This document shows positions 36,170 to 46,224 of a DNA stretch of 64,000 nt, piece after piece. The stretch is from Nemertoderma westbladi (lineage: Eukaryota; Animalia; Xenacoelomorpha): NCBI GenBank assembly GCA_032718475.1, contig JAUCBJ010007778.1, positions 1-64,000 on the forward strand, read 5' to 3'. The translations under genes and the position numbers were made by a program. Numbering within the stretch: the stretch's first letter is position 1; each line of letters starts with the position of its first letter. Under the pieces are notes generated by a model. The model saw nothing but the letters and a program-made list of their open reading frames with translations, was not told where the DNA came from and made no database searches.

Positions 36170-37065
36170 TCAGAGAGGTTTGGAATTTCATTAGACAGAC
36201 GTTCCAATTTTTAATACCGTTGAAAATAGAAAGTATCAGATTCAAAGGATTTACAATTCGGGAGGTAGAAGTTTGAAGCACTAGCTCTGGTACTGTAAGA
36301 GTGTGTATCGCGTACTCTGTTGAATTTTTGTTTTAGGTAATTGGGACATTTACAATTATACACTTTATGCCGCACATGGTTAAGGCGTAGCTGCTTAACT
36401 CTACTATCTAAGTTAAGTAGTCCAGATTTAGAAAAGTCATCTGGAGTTAGGTGGTGCCGAGGTTTGTAGTCTTTAATAAATCGTACTACTTTATTCTGAG
36501 CTCTGTACTTGTAATTTACATTCAAACTGTTTGGTTAAGCCTTCATACCAAGAAGAGCATGCATAGTCCATGTGACACTGTATTAAAGAAGAGCAAAGTA
36601 ACTTGCGGGAGTCGGTGTTTAAACTATTTTTATTTCTGTATAGAAAACTAAGCCTACTGTTAACTTTCGAGAAAATATTTTTCACTGTACTTTCTCCTTG
36701 ATCCTTAGCCGTTCATCCAATATGGCGCCTAAATATTTAACTTTCTCTTTATTTTCAATCTTATGTCCATTACTAGTGACTTCAAACTTAATTACCTTCT
36801 TCAACTTTCTTTTGGAACCAAACAAATTACTTTCAGTCTTACCGTAGTGAATGGATAGCTTATTATCAACCAACCACTCATTACAGGATTCTAGAGCTGC
36901 ACTTAACTTTTGGGAAATATGTATAGGATCTTTATGAGAGAAAATAAGAGCACTGTCGTCGGCATATAAAATGAGTTTAAAATCGGGATCTATACTACTT
37001 ATCATATCATTTGCATAGCATACAAAAAGCAGAGGACCTAATATACTACCTTGCGGTACACCACA
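36170..37065 (-). pseudogene. CR1/L2-group LINE reverse transcriptase, 3' part (LINE A)
   Basis: CGVPQGSILGPLLF...LILYADDSALI...WLVDNKLSIHYGKTE...KYLG...DYACSSWY; frameshifted. Confidence 0.85.
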
Positions 37066-38994
37066 TATATATATATCATCTTTAATCCAGAAAATTTAAA
37101 ATTATAACTATTAACAGCAATAAAATAAATCTCCCATATCATAATCTAAAAATAATGCAACCTACAGTAGTATTAAGTAGCAGTAGCACAATTTGACAAT
37201 AATATTTTCTAATTAAGTTGACAATTCTAAATCGCACATGGCCCGAATTCTAGAATATATATATATATAAGACTCATTATCGACACAGGTTACCAAACTA
37301 CAGCTGGAGTTAATTATACGTGAATTTAAACTTGAAATTGAGCGGTACCTAATATGTATAAAACAACGAAGGTTATGAGCACCAAAGAATTCAGACATAC
37401 TACTCCGGAAAAGGCATTTCAATGCATTGCAATGCAACGGTGTTAAGTATGCACGGAACAACATAACCTTAGTCGGTACAGAGCAGGCAGAAAACTTTCG
37501 AACGAGGGAGTTTCCTCTTGCATATAAACCTCTTACACTTCTTTATATCATAATCATCATCACAGGTATCATAAAAAATATGGCCTAAATAATTGTATGT
37601 ATTGGTTCTTGGAATAACATGATCGTTTGGAAATAAAGATGCAAATGAATTTAACTTACAACCTGATGGAATTATATGCATAACTTTAGTTTTCTTTAAA
37701 TTAAAATGAATATTATGAGAGACAGCAAACGTGCACAACAATCCAAAAGGCGCTGTAACCCTAATGCAGAATTTGATATCAGACAAATATCGTCAGCATA
37801 CAGTACATGGCTCTGATATTATATTAATATCAATAATTAAATAATGTAAACAATAAGATATTATAGTGGTCGGTGCTTGTCCCAACAATTCAAATAACCC
37901 ATCCTATTCTTCTTGCTATAAAGTTCCAGTTCTTTGCAACTGTTTTTTATGTCCATCACCATTAACAGATTGCTTTGCTATTGGCCCTTCTGTCAGTCTG
38001 CCCTTCCTTCTTCCTTCATATATGTAGTCCAGGTGCCGGAAGAGGTGCTATCTAGATGCCTAGAATTACAGTACATTAAATGATTTAGACAGATACCATC
38101 TAGCATACAACTAACATTACAAGCTACTAAACTACCTGATAAGTCATCCATATAGAGATTGAACAGATACGGAGACAAAAGATTTGGCACCATTTGATAC
38201 TGAGAATAACCTAGATAATGTAGAACCCCATTTGACCCTAATTGATTGATTTCTATACCAATAAGCAATGATACGCACACTGTAAATAGGAATATTTCTG
38301 GAAATAAGTTTCTGAAATAGTAAGTTATGATCGAGTCTATCAAATGCCTTCGAGGCATCACAAAAACAAATAATACTGGAGAGTTATTAGATATGTAGTA
38401 ATTTATTATTTCCTTTAGTGTATAAATGCACACCTCTGTACCACTACCTCGCTCAAACCCAAACTGATATTCACTTGTAATAATATGAGACTCAATACGA
38501 GATAATATTATGTATTCAGATATCTTACTTATAATTGTAGCTATAGCAACCGGCCTGTAATTAGATTTCTCTTGAATACTAGACCATTCTTATCTTTAAT
38601 CACGGGAATTATCAAACTATGAATAATTCCCATATACATTATTTCGCATATACCCATGAAAAAGCATCGAGTTAAACAATAAAGCTAAGAAAACATTTAA
38701 ACGGTGACTATTACTATGTTTAAAATGTTCAGCTGCCAATTTATCTGGACCTGATGATTTATCGAAACTTAAGTTAGAAATTGCACCAACATTAATAATG
38801 CATCAATATCTTCATTATAAATACTACTGTTCGAATTAGAATTTAATAAATTGGAATATTCATCAGTAAACAGTTCACAAATATCTACACCACCTACTGC
38901 ACCACTTACTACATTTGGCAGTGGCACATTAACCTTACCCTGTTTTTGTACATCTTTCCAGAAAGTATTGTAATCCTTTTTTAGGATTGATAGG
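37066..38994 (-). mobile_element. 5'-truncated degenerate CR1/L2-group LINE (LINE B) inserted into LINE A
   Basis: YRPVAIATIISK, YQFGF, LSPYLFNLYMDDLS and NHLM/YADD motifs; (TA)n 3' tail; 6-bp TSD ACCACA at 37060-37065 and 38995-39000. Confidence 0.8.
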
Positions 38995-39075
38995 ACCACA
39001 GGTAATATCTTGTACAGTAGACTTCGATTTGCTAATGACTACAGTTTGACCTCTGTCTGACAGGTAGGACTTGAA
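38995..39075 (-). pseudogene. Upstream piece of LINE A RT
   Basis: FKSYLSDRGQTVVI...QDITCG joins CGVPQG at 37065 when the insert is removed. Confidence 0.75.
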
Positions 39076-39109
39076 GGAGGAGCTTATACCACCCTGCAAG
39101 ATGACGGGA

Positions 39110-39253
39110 TCTGATGGAGACATTCTTCGGGCAAATAACGTTCAATCAGCTTGCCAACCCAGTGATATTCCCTATTTGGTTGTACAAGGTGACGGTATTC
39201 TTGCAGAGTATAATAACAATGATAACGCACTTCTATGGTCAACGAATACTTGA
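39110..39253 (+). pseudogene. Bulb-type (B-type/GNA-like) lectin domain fragment
   Basis: ILRANN...YLVVQGDGILAEY...ALLWSTNT* resembles LW-S/A-N...L-x-Q-x-DGNL-x-x-Y...LWSTNT; key W and N are each one base from consensus (CGG, ATT). Confidence 0.55.
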
Positions 39254-39739
39254 GGAATGTGCTTATGTAAGTTAGGATTAATATTTCTCTAGATAAAATC
39301 TTTCGTTTAATCTATCAAAGTCATGGCACACCTACTGATTTAAACATAAAACATACATACCTAGATGAATACTTTATTTAATAAATAATATGAATTTTGT
39401 GAAGGGAATTAGTTATCTGCATATAAAGCTACTTACTGTAGTTCCTTGTGCTATTCGAAAACGACAGATAGATCGATACAAGACAACAACGTAAGAAGAA
39501 TCAGTATGCAGGTCGCAATAAACTGATCTTCAGAGAATGTCTGATGATGCCGGATAAATTCCATAACCTTGACAATTTATTTACTGCAGACCATGTCCCA
39601 TTCAATTTCATGGGCCATAATTACCCTCATAAAGGTTATCTAATATATCCAGGCAACAGAAGTCTATTGCATGAAGATACGCAAGGCCACCCACCAACCA
39701 TTGAACACACTGATACTCATCCCCGCTGAGGGGAATCCG

Positions 39740-39985
39740 TATTTTTCACACTGAAGGCTCGTTAAGCCTAGGAATGCCTGTTCACCACCATGGGTGATCT
39801 TCCACAGTAAACCCTTCCACTCTGTTCTCCAAGTTGCCATTTATCGACCACTGAAGGATGAAAGCCAGAGTTGGACTAGGTTGCAGCATTTAAAGAACTG
39901 TGCCCAAACAGTGCTGCCCCATCTAGGGATCGAACCAAGGCTTCCTAATTGGAAGCCCAGGAATTTCACAACTAGAACATGCTGC
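39740..39985 (-). mobile_element. tRNA-derived SINE
   Basis: Minus strand has a decayed tRNA-like head with B-box GGTTCGATCCC, then CAACTCTGGCTTTCATCCTTCAGTGGTCGATAAAT resembling a conserved central SINE domain. Confidence 0.6.
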
Positions 39986-40296
39986 TGCTTGTATATATTA
40001 TTTTTGCGTAAGTTATTTTAACTTTAATTCATAAATGAATCCCATAGTAAAATACGTACTCAAACGGAGCGCTATAGTGGCCAATGTTGACACAATAATA
40101 AACTACATAGTGATTTGATATTGCGCAAATTCTAGAACCCTTTGCAATGGTGCAAATGCGACGCAGAAAGTAGGTATCTAGTTTGGTAATCCGCACTACA
40201 ACGAATATGAACAAACAGAGGTATATTTATGGTACCTAAAGCTAATCGTATGCTAATAGTAAGTATGCTAGTACTTGCCAATAACTCTAGGTATAT

Positions 40297-40943
40297 TAAA
40301 AAACCGTCTCGTACACGTTCGTGGGGACTTCGCGCAGCACGTAGTCGGCAAGCCTTGGCATACGGTTCATATAGAGCAAATGGGGCATGTCTAGTTTGGA
40401 CCCCATATCCCATGCTATAAATGTATTCATTCGATATACAATCATATGTTAATCCGCTAGGTGGTGTCAAATTGTTATTCTGCAATTTCGTACTTACCAG
40501 TGCAGCACTGTACAGCAGTACCGTACCGGTAGGCCTATGTCATTACTTCTGAGTCTCTAGCGGATCCCCAATTAAATGTCTTGACTTTTCAATTTCGTAA
40601 AAGATAGACTTCATGATTCTCTACAGGCCACCAAAATTTCAGCTCAGGAAAATGAGGCCTTCCCGAGAAATTTAACATTTTCTAAAAACCACATAATCTG
40701 TCGTAGCTGACGTCAGACTGCATGATTTTTCACCAAACTTTAGAAACTTTCTAAACTTTCTCTCTACTACTTACCTACTAAGTTTGGTTCAATTCCGAAC
40801 GAGCGATGCCGAGAAATTCGCGTTCAAACATTTACCAGACAGACGGACAGACAGACAGACGGACAGACAGACAGACGGACATGCCCCATTTGCCCTATAT
40901 GAACCGTATGCAAAGGCTCGCCGACTACGTGTCTCGCCCCACA
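40297..40943 (-). mobile_element. DINE-1/Helentron-associated-like non-autonomous element
   Basis: ~50-bp subterminal IR (ACGTAGTCGGC...GGGGCATGTC 40338-40391 / GACATGCCCC...GCCGACTACGT 40878-40930), (GACA/GACG)n microsatellite, terminal stem-loop and T-run end. Confidence 0.72.
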
Positions 40944-42018
40944 ATTATTCAGTTAGGGAGGGGGCAGATAGGGAAGGAAAGGGAGCAATAAAATTCATCC
41001 CTTTCCAGGGGAAATTTGATGCAAATAACAGCTGATTACTCTGAAAAATAAAACTGTAACCTGTTGTACAGTATATTGTATTAAAATAAAGTGTGGGCCT
41101 ACATAAAGAAATATACAGTATAAGAAGAAAGGGAAAATGCCGAAAGGGAAAAATTTATACAAAGGGAAACTGCGGTCCTCCCTGACAAATTTATTTTATT
41201 TCATTAAATGCCGACGCTGCATACAGTAGTAGTATATGAAGCAGATTTCGGGCATATTTAGTGAAAACTGAAAAGGTAAGGAAATGGAACACATTTGGAA
41301 ACATATAAGAATCGAGATTTCGACAAAAAAACATAAACACATAATTTATATGTCCCGCTAACGGAAAGGGAAAACATAATATTTTTATAAAATTTAAAAT
41401 TTTTTAATTTATATCGATGGTCGGACGGTGAATAGAACAGTATGGCGCAGGTGGTACTCAACTCTAATAATCCATCTGGCCATCAACACTCCACAAGATA
41501 ACTTTTGCCAATGATATATTACTGTATAATGTTTATATACAGAGAAAAATTATAGTTAACATATTCAATATACAATCCTTTACAGAAACGAGGCTTTCTA
41601 ACCACAACATAGCCTACCCTTGCCTTGGCACGGGGCACCAATTTCCAGGCCAATTTTAATTGTTCGCTGCCCAGTTATGTACATGCAGTATAAATACCAT
41701 TTTGCTGATTACTACTAAGTATATTATAATGATAGCAGATGTCCAATAGATATAAACTGTAATTAGCCACCCACCTGTTCGGTTATGTGTGATGACTAAT
41801 TAGTATAACAAATAATATTATAATATAATAATTACAATACAATACATTATTATAGTGCACAACATCAGAAGCAGTAAAATATATATAATGTAAATGTTAT
41901 ACTGTAGGAACCAATAATATTTGTGTTGTTTTATTTGTTGTGAATATCACGTAGATAATAATATTTTATATAAAGTAAGATTCATTGAGGTTTCCAGGCA
42001 ACTACCAAAGTCAACAAT

Positions 42019-43665
42019 ATGATTGGCGTCATTTTAATCTTAACGCAATTGCTATCGATAGTTCAAGCCTACAACATTCTGGTTTTACCTCAACTGTTGC
42101 CGCACATTCATAAGAGCAGATGGCACAGACAACTCACCGTGATGGAAGCGTTGTTGGAACGCGGTCATAACATTACAGTACTTGTCAACGAAGATCATAA
42201 AGTTGAGGATATTTTATTACAGAGGGCGACAGTAAAGACATTCAATTGCTACAAATGCGTGGAGGAAATAGCCGGAGTAAACGGATCAATGAATGCAAAA
42301 AATGTTTTAGAGCGACGTCTAGTCGATCAGGCGTCACTGTTCTTAAATTCATCCACGTCAGGATTGCTGAGTCTTGTTATAAATGATATAATTCCTTCTT
42401 TTATAAAACAAGACGTGGTGCCAATACAGCGGTTATTTGAGAATAACGAAGGTCTGATGAGAGAGTTAAAAAATGAAAGCTTTGATTTGGTAATTCAAGA
42501 ATTGCAATTGCAACCATTTGGTACATCTCTCGTGCTTACGGAATATTTTGAAAAACCATTCGTTCTTTTCGCTCCACCGTTGACTCAGCCATGGTTGTTC
42601 TCCAGTCTCAGAGTACCAATCATGCTATCATACACGCCAACAGATGTCTTACTCCCGAATTTTACCAACAATATGAATTTTTACGAGAGATTTATCAACG
42701 CTGTTGCTCATTACGTAGCTAGCATAGGCTACTGGGTTATTGAAAGTAGATTCGATGGTGTCCGCGCAAGTCTGGGTGTGTCCAATTTCGAAAGTATCTC
42801 TAACACAGTCCCGAAAGCGGAATTGGTTTTTCTTCAGATGTACCCGTTTATCGATTATCCGCTAGCGTTACCTCCAAACGTGATTGGTAACGGGGGTTAC
42901 GCTGTTTCGAAACCCAAACCACTAGTTGGAAAATTTAAATTAATAGCTGATTCGGCTGTTAATGGTCTCGTTATATTTACATTCGGATCATACATGTCTC
43001 GTTTCTCGGAATATCACGGAGATATTTTCGCGAGAGCTCTAGCTAAATTAAACCAAACCGTAATCTGGAGATTTCAAGGGCAAGTTCCGAAATCGCTGGG
43101 TAGCAACACTCATCTGTTTCCTTGGATACCGCAGGTGGACTTATTGGCCCATTGCAACACACGGGGTTTTCTTACACACGGTGGGAGTAACGGAATGATG
43201 GAGGCTATGACACATGGTGTTCCCATGGTAATTATACCTATCTGGTGGGATCAACCATCGAATGCTTTGAAATTGGAGAGCCATGGCTTCGGAGTACGAC
43301 TCAATCCGCCTAATGATATCACAGAAAGTAAAATCATATCTGCACTGCACCAAATTATATACAACCCTAAGTATAGAAGCAATCTTATTAGAGCTTCTAA
43401 TTTTTTGAAACCAGGTCCTAGGTCGGCATTAAACACGACTGTTTATTGGATAGAACATGTTTTAGAATATGGTTCAGATCATTTGAAGACACCAGCTACG
43501 AAACTAAGCTTTATTGAATATTATATGTTAGATGTCAATCTTATTTTAGGTGTTGTAATTTTGGTAATGGGTTTTTGTACCTATCGCCTGGTTTTGCGCG
43601 CTTTGTTATTCATATCGGGAATATTTTGTGTAAGTGACTCTTATTTCAAGGAGAAACTGTTGTAG
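42019..43665 (+). CDS. Membrane-bound UDP-glycosyltransferase (GT1/UGT family), single coding exon, 548 aa
   Basis: Signal peptide, RGHNITVL, UGT signature WIPQVDLLAH...FLTHGGSNGMMEAMTHGVPMVIIPIWWDQ, YWIEHVL, C-terminal TM and KEKLL (KxKxx ER retrieval). Confidence 0.95.
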   Translation: MIGVILILTQLLSIVQAYNILVLPQLLPHIHKSRWHRQLTVMEALLERGHNITVLVNEDHKVEDILLQRATVKTFNCYKCVEEIAGVNGSMNAKNVLERRLVDQASLFLNSSTSGLLSLVINDIIPSFIKQDVVPIQRLFENNEGLMRELKNESFDLVIQELQLQPFGTSLVLTEYFEKPFVLFAPPLTQPWLFSSLRVPIMLSYTPTDVLLPNFTNNMNFYERFINAVAHYVASIGYWVIESRFDGVRASLGVSNFESISNTVPKAELVFLQMYPFIDYPLALPPNVIGNGGYAVSKPKPLVGKFKLIADSAVNGLVIFTFGSYMSRFSEYHGDIFARALAKLNQTVIWRFQGQVPKSLGSNTHLFPWIPQVDLLAHCNTRGFLTHGGSNGMMEAMTHGVPMVIIPIWWDQPSNALKLESHGFGVRLNPPNDITESKIISALHQIIYNPKYRSNLIRASNFLKPGPRSALNTTVYWIEHVLEYGSDHLKTPATKLSFIEYYMLDVNLILGVVILVMGFCTYRLVLRALLFISGIFCVSDSYFKEKLL

Positions 43666-44559
43666 ATATTAATGTGGATTTCAGTGCATGTAATTAATTA
43701 GTGTATCGCCTAGTGAACAATCGTAAACTGACGGAACAATCATTAGCTTTGGTGGAATAGCGAATGGAGTTAAATCGGGATAAAATGATGATAGCTAGGT
43801 GTTCTTTGTACAACATTCCCAGTATCACTGTTATAAACCGGTAACCATAATGATGTACCACAATTCTATAAGATTTTACATTTTATACAATTATAGGCTA
43901 CGGCAGATTAAATATTGTATATTTTGTAAATACGTCAGCCTATTAAAATTAATAAGATCCCATCAATTCGCAGTTATCGAAGTTATCCAACACAATAATA
44001 AAGCAAAATATTAAAATAATTACACCGGCTGTCAAATTTTGAACCTGTATTTCATATTTCTTATACTTGTCAACCAAAGCAATGGTACTTATGAAGTTAT
44101 TTACGATCATCTATTATTATCGATGGTATAATTACAGTAAAGATATACAGTTATCGGTAAGTCGGTAATAATAATATGATCTAAGCGAATGGACTATTAG
44201 TTATATGTCATTTTGTGTTTAATTGTATTTTAAATGTAAACTATGTTTGAAATATAAATGTTAAAAAATAAATATATTTAATTTCCAATAAATAAGAAAT
44301 CACTAATGGATAATGTCATTTAAACTGTGATTTAAAGTTACTTATGCTCATTCGATCAGACATTTCCTGAGGACTGTCGAAGTTAACTGTCAAAATTTTG
44401 GTCTTTTTGGAGTTACATCTTTGTATAGTGTTAGGTTGCACTTCTTGGGAACTGGGAGCAACTTATTCGTTCATACCCCCCCCCCCCCGATAAAGTTAAA
44501 CAAAGTTAGTTAGCAAGTAAGCGTATTTCAGGTTTAGAGGGTGGGCGGAGGAAGCAGAA

Positions 44560-44750
44560 AACCACAAAATCCGGAAGTGCCAGAAACTCATGGACCGGGG
44601 CTACCTCTTCCACCCGGTAGCCTACGAGACCTTGGGCCGCTCCGGCCATGAAACATCTGAGTTCCTGAAAGAGATCGGGGCCAGGCTCCATTCTGCCAAC
44701 CAGGAACCTCGATCTCACCGCTTCCTCAAGCAGAGACAGACCATCGTTAT
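44560..44750 (+). pseudogene. C-terminal fragment of an RLE-type (CRE/NeSL-like) non-LTR retrotransposon ORF
   Basis: GYLFHPVAYETLGRSG...FLKEIG...FLKQR resembles the F-x-P-x-A-x-ET-x-G motif of restriction-like endonuclease LINEs. Confidence 0.55.
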
Positions 44751-45689
44751 CGTGGGCGGATCCATGAATTGGCTGCTAAGGGGGGGGGGGGGGGGGGGGT
44801 GCTGACAGTTTGAGCCTGAGGAAGTCCATAATCAGGGGTCTGGGGTCACAGCCCTCAGCAGGATTTAGGTTGTGGGTGGAGCCCCGGTTGTAGGCGGAGA
44901 TATACTGTAGTATGGGTATGGTATGTCGTAGTCCCTCCCACTCCCGCCCGGTCCCAATAAATTTTGAAATTATTTATCATTATGTTTTTTTATTATTTAG
45001 TTTAAAATTTAGTTAAAAATTGAACAAAATTCATTTAATTTTTTTAAATTCAGTAAACTAATAATATTTTTTCGATTTATTAGCCGTATTACTTTATTGT
45101 GAAAAAGAGAAATAACTTTATTTAGTTAACTCCAAGTAATTGATGAGTCAAAAAATATAATTTATATAAGTAGTGTCAACCGACGAATCCTTTATGGGCA
45201 AAGCAATCTATAACTTTCCCCGAAGCAGTGGGTTACCCTTACACGATCACGATGTACAGTAGGCCTAGGGCAGAATGGGACGAAGGTCCATATTGTTAGA
45301 TTAAGGAATATGATCAGGGATATATTATTATTATAAGCAAAACAATAAACTAGAGTAATTAGCACAGGTTACAGATAAGATGTAATAACATGGTGGAAGG
45401 TTGCTGATTCTGAGAACTAATGATGAGTATCCGCTTGCACTAAGGTGCAGTACCGGGCATTCCCAGCAAAATAGCGCCCCCAGATCTCAAGATCAGTCAA
45501 ACACTTTACCAGTTCATCCATATCAGCCTATTACTGTATAAACTCCTGTGTCCTTAAGCAAGCTGTACACATCACAAACATCACGTCTACGCAAGTTCCA
45601 AATTCTACATATGGAATGGATTTCCAATAGGATCAGTTTATGACGGTTCCACAACCTTTGTATCCTCTACTTATGGAGATACAGACCCA

Positions 45690-46224
45690 TTCGAGGTAAT
45701 CTGCTATCTTGGGTGTCTTCTTCATTATCGAGGCGGACTATGTGCTGCAGACATCTCTCGACATTCTGTTCGGGTAGTATTATGTTTACCATCACGTGGC
45801 CGAGGTCATGTCCCCAGCAGTGCTAACCGATCTTGAGTTTGCTGATGATTTAGGTTTACTATAAGACACATTGGAAGGAGCGTAGACGTTGTTAACTAGC
45901 TTAGAGAAGGCTGCATCCAGTGTTGGTACAGTATCTTTCTAGACCAAAATTCTGACAGTAAACATAGACTCAGACAAACAGAAAATTGATTGTGATATTA
46001 AATCGCTGGATAAACTGATAACGTGGAAGACCTGTGATATCTCATGCTCTATAACGGTATTAAGGTTTGCCTTTTCTATGCAGCAGTTGAGCCATTGCTG
46101 CTCTATGACAGCCCATGTTTAGCTCTAATTACTGAAGTGATTTTACAGAACTTACTACACCAGGTTTCTGTTGTTACATACAGTATACCAGGATGCTGCG
46201 CTGCGCAGGGTGTACAATGTACAA
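45690..46224 (+). pseudogene. Degenerate RTE-clade LINE RT fragment
   Basis: FIIEADYVL...TDLEFADDLGLL...SLEKAASSVG...KVCLFYAAVEPLLLY...YTRMLR. Confidence 0.65.

Noticed and set aside
39915-39985. tRNA gene
   Set aside because: B-box present but stems decayed and fused to a SINE body
22226-44799. Poly-G/poly-C tracts (~22226, 28492, 29721, 35696, 44779) as a regulatory system
   Set aside because: Most sit within MITE-like repeats and their lengths are error-prone; no independent evidence of function
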